Counted from the stretch's first letter, positions 1 through 12,131 are shown. The stretch is 64,000 bases of DNA from Camelus ferus (GCF_009834535.1 NC_045725.1:10912001-10976000), one strand, 5' to 3'. The notes: generated from the sequence alone by a model not told the origin. Made by a program: numbers and translations.

Positions 1-456
1 ATGCCATTTCCATACGGCTTTTCCCATTGTTATCTGTATTATAAACATTTATTATGGGGGAAAAAATGCCTCCATGGTTAATTCAGTTTAGGAAGTTTTG
101 ACTTGAAAATGTATTCAAAAATTACTGTCCAGTGCCTACAGTGGGAAAGAGAGCCATGGGAGCTGGGTTTGCAACACTGAATTATACAGACAGGTTGGTA
201 TTTTGTGTGGAACTTAAGTTCTAGTGAGGACTAGATGGATAATAAGCACGTAAACATGTAAGTGAAAAATGTAATTTTGTTAGTAATTGGTTTAATGAAA
301 AGCATTTTATAAGAGGGCGATGCAGCAGAGAAGACTGGGATAAGATTTGCGCAGTTGTTTGAAGCACAGCAGGAATTTCAGTTTGGTCAAAATTTAAATA
401 ATTACATTATCCCCTTCCATTTTTTAAAATAAGTACGTTATTACACAACATGCACC

Positions 457-1938
457 GGGTGGGCTGGCCGAGGTGGCTTATTAGAAGCACACGTAGCTCA
501 CCCTCTCCCATGAATACTATGTCTACACAGAGAGCAATTTGCACAGAATAGCTACTGAAATTTGGCAGAACATCACTTACACTGGAAATACAAGGATAAT
601 CCTCACAAAATCTGGGAGGGAAAAAAAAGAAAGAAAGAAAAGGGGTACCGCTGAGGGACCTGTCCTCTGGGGAAGGCACGGCACAGGAGGAAAGCGCCCT
701 TGCACTGGGAAGCCCTTTCTCTGGCGGGGAGGTCAGTGGGGACAGAAAGGGAGGTTCAGAGGCTCAGAGGAGAAAGCAGCCGCTGCTTGGCAGCAGGACT
801 GAGGGAAACCAGAGCGAAGATCTCCTGTGATCCCAGGGATGCCAGCCAGTGGGGCTGGGTAGGTGCTGGGTGCTGGAGCTCAGGCTTCTGCGGATGACCT
901 GGGGGAGGACTGGGGCTGACTGTGCAGAGGCAGCCTTAGGGGGGTGGAGTGTGATGTGGGCTGAAGGTGAGAGGGTGCGCAGAACGGCCTGGGCCCCTAC
1001 AGTGAGCACCACTGCTGGTGTGCATGGGGGGGAGTGGCACAATGCAACTTGGCAGCTTGGTCTCCACTAGCCCGGGAAGCACTGCTTGGCACCATTGCTG
1101 GCACAGGTTCTTGCGAGCAGATGGGCATGGGTCAGACCCAGCAGTCCCTGAAGCTTTCTCTGGGGGGGCGCAATCGCTGGTCAGGGCTCCCGGGCAGAGG
1201 TAGGGCTGCAACCTGAATCCATTCTCGGTGTCCCCGAGACTTCGCAGGTGGGGCTGAGGTTTGTGTCAAGCCCCACGTGGCAGTGACGCATTTGGTCCCC
1301 ATGTGCTTGTGTGGACCCGTGCTTCTGAGACAACTGAACGCAGTTGGGGTACACAGCGGGGCAGGCCTGGCGTTAACTGCAAGCCTGCATACCACAGGCG
1401 GACACAGGGCTGAGGTCTCGGCTGGCTCGTGGCTCATGGTCTGCCAGGTGCATGGCTGCGCCTGAAGCCTGAAGTCAGCAGATACGTGCTGATGGATCTG
1501 TGGGTGCAGAACCTGGGGGACACCACGGTGGACTACCAATATTTCTGCAGCTGAGGCAGGGACGAGGGGAGTGACAACAAAGTGTACTTTGTGAGCCCGC
1601 ATAATAGTGACAGACAACACCGCAGGGGGTGCTTTCCACTGGACATCTCCTGCGGAGGAGTACTCACAGCTCCCCTTCCAGCAAAGGCGCGCCAGTCCTG
1701 CCCACCACACAGAGCAGCTCAGAAGTGAGTCTGGAAGCTTCTATTCCAACACAAGGGGAGCAGATCCAGCCCCTGTCAGGACTGTGACAACCACACAGCA
1801 AAGAGGAGGCCCCGCTCAACAACCAGGGCAGGCTCTGGTCAACACAGCGCCAACCACACCCCCAAGTCAAGGGGATAACAGCCAGCATACGTGGAGGAAA
1901 GACGTGGACACCATCCGGACTGAAAACGGCCCTCACGG
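457..1938 (+). mobile_element. LINE-1 5'UTR (cetartiodactyl-type), GC-rich
   Basis: Block order resembles the recalled cetartiodactyl L1 5'UTR: gctcaccctctccca...ctacacagagagcaatt...gctactgaaatttggcagaac...A-rich run...gggacctg...ggaagccctttctctggcgggg...ggagctcaggcttctg...ggggaggactggggctgac. It abuts an L1 ORF2 3' segment. Exact 5' start uncertain. Confidence 0.7.
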
Positions 1939-2638
1939 CAGTATGGGGATTCCTCACAAAACTAAACATGGACTTACCATACGACCCAGCAATCCCACTC
2001 CTGGACATGAATCTGGAGGGAACTCTAATTCAAAGAGATAAATGCACCCCCAATGTTCACAGTAGCACTGTTTATAGAAGCCAAGACACAGAAACAACCT
2101 GAATGTCCATTGAGAGATGAATGGATAAATAAATTGTGTATACATATATGCAATGGAATACTATTCAGCCACACACACAAAAGAATAAAATAATGCCATT
2201 TGCAACAATATAGATGGACTTGGAGATCATCATTCTAAGTGAAGCCAGCCAGAAAGAAAAAGGAAAATACCATATGATACCACTTATATGTGGAATCTAA
2301 AAAAAAGATACATTGAATTTATTTATAAAACAGACACAGACCCACAGATATGGAAAGCAAACTTTGGTTACCAGGGAAGAGAGAGGGTAGGAAGGGATAA
2401 ATTGGGAGTTTGAGATTTGCAGTTACTAATTACTATGTATAAAATAGATAAACAACATTTTATACTGTAGAGCACAGGGAAGTATATTCAATATCTCGTA
2501 GTAACCTATAATGAAAAGAATATGAAAAGGAATGTATGTATGTATGTGTGTAACTGAAACACTATGCTGTACACCAGAAATTGATGCAACACTGTAAACT
2601 GACTATATTTCATTTTTTAATGAAATAAAAAAATAAGA
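1939..2638 (+). mobile_element. LINE-1 end of ORF2 plus 3'UTR and A-rich tail
   Basis: cagtatggggattcctc...gacccagcaatcccactcctgg...aatggaatactattcagcc...atcacttatatgtggaatct, then the artiodactyl-type 3'UTR (gggataaattgggagtttgagatttgcag...ctgtacaccagaaattg...ctgtaaactgactata) and an A-rich tail. Confidence 0.92.
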
Positions 2639-2644
2639 ATTATT

Positions 2645-2775
2645 TTGCATTGAGCACTTATTTGCAAACCTCTTTCATATTTAATCTCAGAATAACCCTA
2701 CAAGATGACTACATTATTCCCAATTCTTAGATATAAAAGCTGAGGCTTAGAAAAGTTTACCTCACCTGTCTAGGC
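2645..2775 (-). mobile_element. MIR SINE fragment
   Basis: atttaatctcagaataaccctacaag...attattcccaattcttagatataaaagctgaggcttagaaaagtt resembles the antisense MIR core. Confidence 0.55.
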
Positions 2776-2993
2776 TATTGCTTCCTTTTTTTTCTCTTGA
2801 GCAATTTTCTTTTTGTATGTATTATATAAATAACATATACATATATATTTATTGCCATGGTTTTCTGGTACCAACTTCCTTTAACTTTATTCTACTAATC
2901 ATCTTTAAGAAAGACTTTATGTGGTGTTTTTCTTTCTGTTTTGGTCAGTTAATGATTTTTAATTATTTAAGGAAATTAATAAGTTAGGTACTA

Positions 2994-3074
2994 CATATAT
3001 AGTGTGTGTGTATATATATATTTGTGTATGTGTGTGTGTATATATATATGTGTATGTATGTATATATATATATA
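2994..3074. repeat. Compound (TA)n/(TG)n microsatellite
   Basis: Alternating TA and TG dinucleotide runs visible directly. Confidence 0.9.
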
Positions 3075-3504
3075 ATTGTCAGTGCTATGGGTGATGCATT
3101 AGATTGTTCAGGAATTAAGCCCCCTCCCTCTGGAAGCATTCCAGGAAAGCATTGATTTTTCTGTCTACAATGGTACCATAGTTGTCATCCAGAGAAAGTG
3201 GCAGTGTAGATAATTCCATGTCTACTCATCTGTCAAGGAAAGTGCAGTGCGTCAGAAAGACTTACTGACAGAACAACCCTCCTAAAGCCCTGCCCTCAAA
3301 GACAGTCTTGATGATGCTCGTGCTCGGGGCACAGGGCTTCTGAGGAGCACAGGGCACTATTGCTCCTTAAAAATGACGACCCAGGGACACTGCCTAAATA
3401 CATTGCTCTCACCCTTCTGTTATTCAGGATATTATTGAATAAATTATTTACCTTTATTAAAAATTCAGACACAAGAAACACATTCCAACTGTAAAGTTGT
3501 CTCC

Positions 3505-3700
3505 TTGGATTCAAATCCAGGATTTATTACTTGCTAACTGTATATTCTTAAGCAAATCAATTATTTCGCTTTATCTCAGCCATAAAATATGTCACATCAT
3601 AGCTAATTATGTGGATTCAATGAGAAACGTGTATAAAGAATTATCAAAATGTCTGTGCATAGGGTTTACTAAATAACTTATTATTGTTGTTAGTTTGATT
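3505..3700 (+). mobile_element. MIR SINE fragment
   Basis: ggattcaaatccagg...ttacttgctaactgtatattcttaagcaaatca...gtggattcaatgaga...aaataacttattattgttg. Confidence 0.55.
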
Positions 3701-3751
3701 TGGATATGTGTATAGATTATATATATGTATATAGACATTACATTGCATTTA

Positions 3752-5321
3752 TTTGGGGGGGGTGCATATTTTATTAAGATAATTCTTAAGTTAGTTCTTT
3801 GTTAATCAGAAAGCAGCTCTGTGGAGAGAACACGCAGTCTGGGTAGAGATAAAAATAGCCACTCTCCTCTCCTGAACCTGAGCTCCCTCCTCCCCCGACT
3901 AGGGAGCCAGCCCTAGCCTTTGCCTCAGCTTGGCGGGGGAAGGGGTAGAGGGGGCCGGGCACCCTCCTACCCTGCCGGGTCCACTCAGGTCTGACGAGCA
4001 TTTCTGTGGCCACATCGAGGGTTCCTGGGGCATTTGTCCCTGGCAGCGCAAGGCCGTGGCCCCCAGTCCCCGCGCGTCCTGGCTCACCCCTGGGGACACA
4101 GATCTCTCACACCCTCACATGTGTGAGGTAAACCCTGCAGCACTGGTCACTGCAGACTCATCGCTGGAGGAACCGGAGGCCTGAGAGAGGGCAGTCGGAC
4201 CCCATGGCATCTCTTTAAGCTGCAGCTGGCCGGGAGCCTCAGGCAGGTGGTGGTGGTCATCTCTGAGCTCTTGAAGCCTCCCCTTGGCATCTGGCTCAAG
4301 GGCTCTGATGTTCCAGAGTCCCGTCCTGAAGGCGGTCAGCTGACAGAAGATAGCAGGATGCCCTGGGGATAAGGCTCTGGACACAGAGCTCAAAGGCCTT
4401 GGTGCAGACGGGCTGGGCCCTCCATCCTCCACATGGAGGCACAGGCCCTGGGACAGCTCAAGCAGGTTTCTTCCAGACTGCACCCTCCCCACCCACCAAC
4501 ACCAGCCCTGGCATGGGTGTCGGGCCGTCTCGCAGCCTCCTGGCCCACCATTCACCAAAGGTCGCTGGGCTAGGGCTCTGGGGGTCAAGCTGCACACGTG
4601 TGTCAGGAAGCAGCCCTCTCCAGGGACGGCCTGGGGGCCGGGGTGGCCCCGAGGTGCTGCAGTGGCCGCCCTCCCCAACAGCCGAAGCTGGGTCACCTCC
4701 GTCCTGCCAGCGCTCAAGGTGTCCCCCCACTTCAAGGGCAGCCACGGACCGACGCCTTCTCTCTGGGTCCCTCGCGGCGGCCACCACCCACTCACGTGCG
4801 CCCCTGCTCCTGGGACAGCCAGTCCCCGCCAACTGGCCGCGTAGGCACTGCTACCACAGACGCGTTGGCTGAGGCGGCCCCACAGCACCGGGTAAGACCC
4901 AGGCGGGCGAGCGGGCCGATCAGGCGTCCAGGCCTTCCTCCGCGATGGCGGAGTCCATCCTCCGGCCGCCCCGGGCTCGCCCCGGGCTCGCCGCAGCCGC
5001 TGCAGGTCGGAGCGCGGCGGGGCGCAGGAGGCCGGGCCCGGGGCCCGGGGCCCGGGGCGGGCGGCGGCGGCGGGGCGAGGACTGCGCTCCCCGGACCTGC
5101 TGGCAGAGCCGAGAGGCGGCGCGTCAGGCCCGGTGTCCCCCGAGCCCCCGGCTTCCGGGCCGGCGGTCGGGCGCCCGGCTCCGCACACTCGGGGCGGCCG
5201 CCGCGCCGCGATGCCGCGCCGGACTTGCGGCCCGCCCGCCGCCGCTCGCCGCCCGCCGCCGCTCGCCGCCCTCCAGCCACGCCGAGCACGGCCTCGCCTC
5301 CGCGCTCCGCCGCCCGCACTG
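3752..5321 (-). pseudogene. Processed retrocopy of an unidentified GC-rich mRNA (~1.57 kb)
   Basis: GC-rich block sharply bounded by AT-rich DNA. Flanking direct repeat cattgcattta (3741-3751) / cattgcagtta (5322-5332), 10/11 match. Minus-strand AATAAA at 3770-3775 lies ~18 nt from the 3' end. Very GC-rich 5' leader and a Kozak-like ggaggATGG (MDSAIAEEGLDA*) near 4945. That frame has several stops. Confidence 0.7.
4780..5320. promoter_or_regulatory. CpG island (5' part of the retrocopy)
   Basis: Dense CpG and GGCGG runs, with tandem gccgccgctcgccgccc and gggcccg motifs, in an otherwise CpG-poor OR cluster. Promoter activity not shown. Confidence 0.7.
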
Positions 5322-5399
5322 CATTGCAGTTAATATAATTTTATCTGGAGACCAATATTCATTGTTTGTGTGATCAATGAAAATCCATCAATGTATGAT

Positions 5400-6050
5400 A
5401 GAATGAATGCAAATAAAAATGAGACTATTTTTCACCTCATCTTCTCTTCTTAATATATCAAAGTCTGATAATATGTACTGTTGGTAAGGCTGTGGGGAAA
5501 ATTACCCTTCAGTATACTATTTATGGGAACAAAAGATGCTTCAGTATTTTGAGAGCAGTGTTACAGAATCTATTTAAACATATGCATAGTTTTTGACTTG
5601 GTGTTGACATAGATTTCTCCAAGTGTTCAACCCAGCTGGTAGTGATTTCTGTAAGTGATGCTCATTATAGCCCTGTGTATAAGGCAAAACATTAGAAATA
5701 AAATAAATTTTAAGCAAAAATGGACTTGTTAAAGGAATTATGTTATAACTATAATGTGGAATAAGATGTAGCAATTAAAATAAAGGAAAATAATAAACAT
5801 TGACATATGGTGCCCATAAAAAATGTAGTTAGAATTTCAAATGTATTATTATATTTTAAGAACTTTTACATAGAGTAAAGCACGTACATGACTACATGTA
5901 TACCGCCATACAAATACACCTCTAAGGAGCATTTACTAAGTTGTCAATAAGGCGTCGGAGGAGAATGAGCGCTTATGGTTGGGAGAGGTTTTTTGACTTT
6001 AAATTTTTGTCACTCTATTTACCTATATAAACTACTTTTCTTAGGCCATG
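5400..6050 (+). mobile_element. Ancient L1M (L1ME-like) 3' fragment
   Basis: aaagtctgataatatgtactgttggtaaggctgtggggaaa...gctcattatagccctgtgtataaggcaaaacattagaaa...ggacttgttaaaggaattatgttata, a degraded L1 ORF2 end and 3'UTR. Confidence 0.55.
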
Positions 6051-6339
6051 TTTTACTTTCATAAATTATTTTTATTTGAACTCTTCTACTTTTGGTTACA
6101 ACTGTGTTTTAGAAAACAATTTTGGAAGGTTTTTCTTTGAGAGGCAGTTCAAAAACCTACATGCTACCAAGTGTTTTGGAGTCATTAGGCTGATATCCTG
6201 CTGGCAAATGGAGCATTTAATAGATACAGATGTAAACACACGGTCCAAAGTCAGGTGATCTGTTTTAAAATAATTTGTGGTCAGTAGCATTCTCCTCATG
6301 CTGGGAAAAGAAGTAAGGAAGCTGATCTAAGCCCTTTGC

Positions 6340-6440
6340 ATTTATAAAATCATTTAGTCTTTACAACAACCCTGTGGGGTACGTGATGTTAGTTTCCCAT
6401 TTTACAGAGGATGAAACTGATGCCAAGAGAGTTTGTCTGA
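6340..6440 (-). mobile_element. MIR SINE fragment
   Basis: catttagtctttacaacaaccctgtgggg...cccattttacagaggatgaaactgatgcc. Confidence 0.6.
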
Positions 6441-8129
6441 CATATTATAGACACTTAGAACAAAAGAACTAACTCTAGTGTGAAAAATCAAGAATTTACA
6501 TAGGTCTCTTTAAGATTATAGCTCTTACTAATTTCCAACTGATCTCCAGTCTGGCCAGTGCATCTACTCAAGACACCTGGGATTAATAGGAGTGAAAGTG
6601 ACTAAGTTTTATGAGACACACAAAATATGCCAGGATATTATACTACTTAATAAATATGTAAACTAATATAAGTTCACATTTCCATTACATTTTGATGTTT
6701 GAAAGTTGAATATTAAAATTTAAACTATAATGCTAGGAACTTAAAATGTTTAATGCAACAACTCTGAAAAGAGCAGTTGAGGTTTAGAGAAAATATACAA
6801 CTTCTAGTTAATAACATCTCTGGAAGGGCCATATGGAAACCCAGGTTTTCTGATGTCAAAAGTCCTTAAATTTTGACTATGTACACCATGTTTTCCGCTT
6901 TTATCTTCCTGCCTTGCTCATACTGTCACCCTTCTTGTTCAGTTTCTAAATTTATAATTGTCTAAATGCTCATGTCAAGGACTAGCTCATTTTTCTTTTT
7001 TCAAATCCGTAGATCGCACTGGTATTTCCCCTCTGGAACTTATTCTGTGCGGGCCTTGTTTCAGGAGTGCTAGTCTGTCTCCCTCTTTAGGGAGAGAGCA
7101 CTGCCTTGAATCTTTTGCATTAATAGACATGCTATTAAAGGAGAAATATGTACAGTCTAGGTGACAATTAGACAATTTAAAAAGTGTTAATTCCCCCCTT
7201 CATTATATGAGCAGTCTTTTGAGCAATGATATTTCACAGGAACAGTGGAAAGAAATAGACAACATCACAAAGAGGATCTGAAGGCAGCGATTCAACACTG
7301 AAGTGGGAGTCGAGGGATGGTCCAGCTCTTGGTTTTGGCTAAACCATGTCTAGGAATGAAAATGGTGAAGATGGAAGATGGGAAATTGGATATGTGAGCC
7401 TGACTGTCAGAGGATTGGTGCCCAGGTCTGACAATGTCACTCACTCGATTCTGGAGACAGAGGCTGGCACTGGTTTGCCTGGGCCACATGGTTCTATGCA
7501 GGTTTCTTTAGATGAATTCAATTTCAAGAATTTACCTAAATTTAATTAAATGACTGCTATGTACACAGCACAGCATTCCAAATTTTTGGAAAGAGAATAA
7601 ATTAGTTATTCATAAGCATCCATATGAGGAATTAAAACTAACATAAAATTTATATTTTAAAATATCCCAGTTTCCAAGAATGTGTCCCTTCTACTTCATT
7701 AGGGTATTCACATTTTTTTTAAATTTCTTTGGCTGAATATGGGAGAGGTTAAAGTTAATCCACATTGTAAATTTTCAAAGAGTGCCTGGAAAATGTATGC
7801 TTTGTTTAGTAACAGGGATGAATCTAAGATTGGGTCTTTGGGTGTTTAGAAGGGTCTTAGAGATCATGTAGTTTACATCTTTATTTAAAGCAATGGTTTC
7901 TACTATATTCCCACCAAGTGACAGACAGCTCCTGCTTAAGTACCCCAATAAAGAGAAGTCGGCTTATAAAGTAGTTCCTTTACCACATCATTCAACTCTA
8001 CTAACAATTGTATTTAGCCAATTGAAGCTGCTGTTCTCTTCTTCAGTGATACAGTGTAACAGTGAAGGACTTTTATTTCAAAATGAAATTACTTGGATAT
8101 GTAATTCCCACCCTTTTTAGATGAAATGC

Positions 8130-8270
8130 TTAATGTCTCCAAGTCTCAGTTTCCTCATCCCCAAGATGAGGTCTGAGATAGTACTCATCTTATGTGATAT
8201 GAAAATAAATGTAATCATGCAAATAGCAGACCAAGTACCTTGTTGATATATAGTGAGTGCAAAGTAAGAG
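8130..8270 (+). mobile_element. MIR SINE fragment
   Basis: cttaatgtctccaagtctcagtttcctcatccccaagatgagg...aaataaatgtaatcatgcaaatagca. Confidence 0.55.
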
Positions 8271-9654
8271 AATCCTTTGTATTGATATTTTTATTATTAT
8301 TTAGAATCCTTTGCCCCTTCACAAGAAAAAGGTGAAAGGAATGATTTATACTGCAGGCTCATCTGCAGGGATAGTGTTGACCAAGTTGGTTCTGGGTCTT
8401 CTTGGAGCAGAGAAAGAGATTTAAGATGTTTTTCTTCCATCAGCCTATCCGGAAAACAGTTAGAAACTTGAAAGCTTAGTTAAAATGTATAACTTGTAGC
8501 TTCAAGATTGGATTATGTTTTTATATAAAACAGGTTCTTTAATGTAGAATTATCATTGGATTAGACACTGAATTTCATTGTATAATTGTTTAATGAAATA
8601 AGCACAGGAAGCATGCGTTTATCTCATTGGATTGTTATGATATTGAAATTATTGAATGATCAGTATCTCTTCCATACTGAACACTCAACATCATCATAAG
8701 AGGAGCAGTATCGCTTGTCATTGGTATTGATTTTGATTCTGAAAAAGCTGGCCTTGAATTTGGCTTCAGTATTTACTAGCTATGGGAACTTTGTGTCATT
8801 TTTCTCTCTCCTTTTTGAATCAGTATCATCTCTAAAATGAAGAAAAGCTCTCATAGGATAATCTAGTGCCTGAACAGAGTAAGGATTGATTGAATATTAA
8901 CAGTTGGTAATAATATTCCAAATTGAGAAGAAGAAAAGTAGATGGAATGAATATAGTTCTTCATAGGGGACGAGTCCTTCGAATATGACCTATTTGTCTT
9001 GCAAGCTCTTCAACTAGCACATTCTAGGTGTTCAAACAGTAAATGGAATAATTGAAATAGATGAGATGAAATCGTCCATGTTCTTGGTTATTAGGTGTGT
9101 TTAGTGATAAACTAAGGTCAGCTTCCTAGCTTAGGGGTTCCTAAAACGCAGTGGCTGGGAGAAGGGCTTGCGTGTAGGTGATTCATTCTGGAAAACTGAA
9201 TGGAAGCAGTGAAGGGGGAACAGTGAAGCCAGGAAGGAAGGAGAGTGAATCTAAGATTGTGTTAAGTTGGTTACCATTTATCCACTGGCTTCTGTCTACT
9301 AATGATCTAGGGTTTCCTTAAGGTATATTAATTCTCCATATTGCCAGGTGTGTGTGTGCACAAGAATGATGAAGCAAAGTCTTCTGTCTCAAGCAGCAAG
9401 TGTCATGAAGGAAAGCAAGAGAGACACTTCAAAAGAATGTGCAGGGTTGGGGGGGACTGGTAGGATCAAGCTGTTGTCAGGATATAATTGTTAACAGCTG
9501 GTTGCTGTATTGATGTCCAGATAAAAAGAGAGGACAAAAAGATATGGGACAGCATGCAGAAATTGTTCAACACACTCAATATTTGCTAATTAAAAATAAA
9601 ATTCTTTGTAGATTTTCCAGCTCAAACAGATAAGCTTACATCAGCCCACTATAA

Positions 9655-10617
9655 ATGGAGAATCCCAGCAATGTTTTCTGACTGAAGTGACTGAGTCCAT
9701 TCCTTTGGGCATTACAAAGAATCTAGAGCTAAGAAAATACTCTCTGCTGAGTTTCTAATCATGTACGCTTCCACCATTTTGGGAAACCCCTCATTGTGGT
9801 AACCATCCTCGCAAGTCAGAGTCTGAGATCACCTGCGTATTTTTACCTTATCTCCTTGTCCCTCATGGATGCCACCTACCCTCCTCTCAGTGCCCCCAGG
9901 ATGATTGTGGACTCCCTCTCTGAGAGCACGACCACCTTTCTGGAAGGCTGTGTGGTCCAGCTCTTTGTTGACCACTTCTTTGGTGGAGTGGGGATTATTC
10001 TTTGCACTGTGGTGGCCTGTAACCCCTACGTGGCCATCTCTTAAGTCCCTGCACTACGTGACCATCGTAAGGCCTCGGGTGTGCTTCCTTTTGCTGGCAG
10101 GGGCCATGAGAGGGATTTACCCACACAGTTATGCAGCTTCTCTTCCTGTATCAAACACCCTTCTCTGGTCCCCGTATCATAGACCGCTTTATGTGTGATT
10201 TGTTCCCATTGTTGAAACTGGCCTGAATGGACACCGACATCCTGGGCCTCTTGGTCAGCCTCAACAGGGGGATGATGCGTGTGGCCATTCTTCTTATCTT
10301 CATCATGTTCTGTGTGGCCATCCTCTGCTCCCTGAAGTCCTGCAGGTTCTCAGGGGCAGCATAGAGATTTCTCCACCTGTGGCTCCCACCTCATGGTGGT
10401 CATCTTGTTCTCTGTGCTGTGCGTTTTCTTGTACGTGAGACCTGTCGTCACTTCCTCCGTAGACAAGGCAATGGCTGTGACCTTTACCATTGTTGCACCC
10501 ATGTTAAATCCCTTGGTCTACACCTTAAGGAACACGGAGATGAAAAACTCCATTAGAAAACTGGATGAAGCAAGGGACCTTGTGCAGTTACTAACTTATA
10601 AGAATTCTTTTCTATAA
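9655..10617 (+). pseudogene. OR4C6: Olfactory receptor OR4C6-like pseudogene
   Basis: ATG at 9655 after acceptor ttttccag. Fragments [30 protein letters not shown] and [12 protein letters not shown] match OR4C6-type sequence. Multiple frameshifts and in-frame stops (e.g. ctggccTGAatggac for LAC). Confidence 0.9.
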
Positions 10618-10639
10618 AAACAATGCATTCTTACCATCC

Positions 10640-11190
10640 CCATTCATTCCAATCCTTTGCGGACTCAGCAGCCAATGGCATTTTTTAATCATGCGAGTCA
10701 GGTTAAGATCATGTTACTGCCTACATCTCCAGGACATCTTGTGACCCATTCCTTTTCTTACAAGGTTCTGGCCGCTCTCTCGGTCATTCTCCCTCTCCTT
10801 TTTTTCTTGTCTTTTAAATAATTCAAGCATTTCTTAACTCAGCTTGTTTTTCTTACTCAGCTTGCTGCTGGAATGCTCATTTCTAGGGTTTTCACTTGCC
10901 TGTGTAAATCTCATTTTTTCCACTTTCAGTTGAACTCCCACCTTTTTAGACAAGTCTTTCCTTATGACTTTCTCTAGTCTTTCCCCTCAGTTATTCTCTT
11001 AACTCTTCATCTGGTTATATCTTGAATATCAACAAACTAGAATTAAAAGTTATTTATTGACTTTTATTTTCTCTGTTTTCCCCACAAGGTTGTAATTCCT
11101 GTAAGGTCAGGAATTACGTTTATTTGTTCATGCTTGGGTAGAATATTGCCAGTCACCTAGTAGGTGCTTAATAAATATTATTGAATAAAT
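10640..11190 (+). mobile_element. LINE-2 3' end
   Basis: Ends with the L2 tail acctagtaggtgcttaataaatattattgaataaat. Confidence 0.65.
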
Positions 11191-11558
11191 ATAAATTTAA
11201 AAGTAGCTTAGCTTTTTTTTTGATATTTGCAAATTCAAAATTTTGGGGGGTAAAAAGTAGGACAGAACAAATAATACAAACAATATAGGAGCTAGAGTTA
11301 TCTAGTTTGCATGCTTCTGAATGTCCTTTTTGGAAACTTTTGAAAGCAAGTACAATCTCAGATTAGTAATTTACTATTTAATATGGAAGACAATTCTACC
11401 AAATATCTCCTCTACCATTTTTCTTCCTTTAGAGAAGCAGAATAAGAATGACTCATGCTGGAGTCAATATATTTCAAAATATCTGTCTATATGTATATTC
11501 TTTATGAGAAAAAAGTTAATCCTATCGCCTTGATTTTTTTAAACTATGATAAGTAAAT

Positions 11559-12131
11559 GTAAGCAGAGAAACAGGGGCAAGGGCCAAATGGCAGGAAATT
11601 ATACATCTTGTAAATAATGGGAGGCTTCACCAGACAAAGAAAAGCGGGAGCCAATGCTCTAATAAGAAATCAAACATTTTGGGGTGGTAAGTGTCTTGGA
11701 GGTAGAAAAAGAAAGGTGTGAAAATGTGAGAGTCTCTGGCATCTGAATGGCATTTTGCACATTAAGTCCTCATTACAATAAAATGAGCCTTGCAGATAAG
11801 AAGTACCCATCAGGTGCCGATGCCATGACACTTCCAACTAAGACTAAAAAACAAGGACAAAACCCCCTTCTCTCCTCAGGAAGGTGGACCTGGGAAGAAA
11901 ACTAGGGAATAACACCCCAAATTCCTCTCTCCCCAGTGACTATTCCACCCATTTATTTTACACCCTGTATAACCAGCTTGCCAAAGAGACTCAGCCCAGC
12001 TACTTACTTGTCTGCCCACTGTCGCCTTGAGAGCTTACTACTGCTTAATAAATCTTCACTTTTCTTTCTTGACCTTTGCATCTTGTCTGAATTCTTTCTG
12101 CTATGAGACAAGAACCTACTCTCTGGTAGCA
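11559..12131 (+). mobile_element. ERV1-like solo LTR
   Basis: Contains aataaa (~12047) followed by the ERV1-type U5 end gtctgaattctttctgctatgagacaagaacc...ggtagca. 5' boundary uncertain and no TSD confirmed. Confidence 0.6.

Noticed and set aside
1132-2041. 192-aa and 144-aa ORFs near the window start
   Set aside because: They lie within L1 5'UTR/ORF2-end sequence and have no recognisable homology of their own.
4115-5188. 357-aa minus-strand ORF (and overlapping 246, 175 and 157-aa ORFs) as a novel protein-coding gene
   Set aside because: Non-ATG start, low-complexity Arg/Pro/Gly/Ala composition, long ORFs in several frames and no recognisable domain. This is expected from stop-codon scarcity in very GC-rich DNA.
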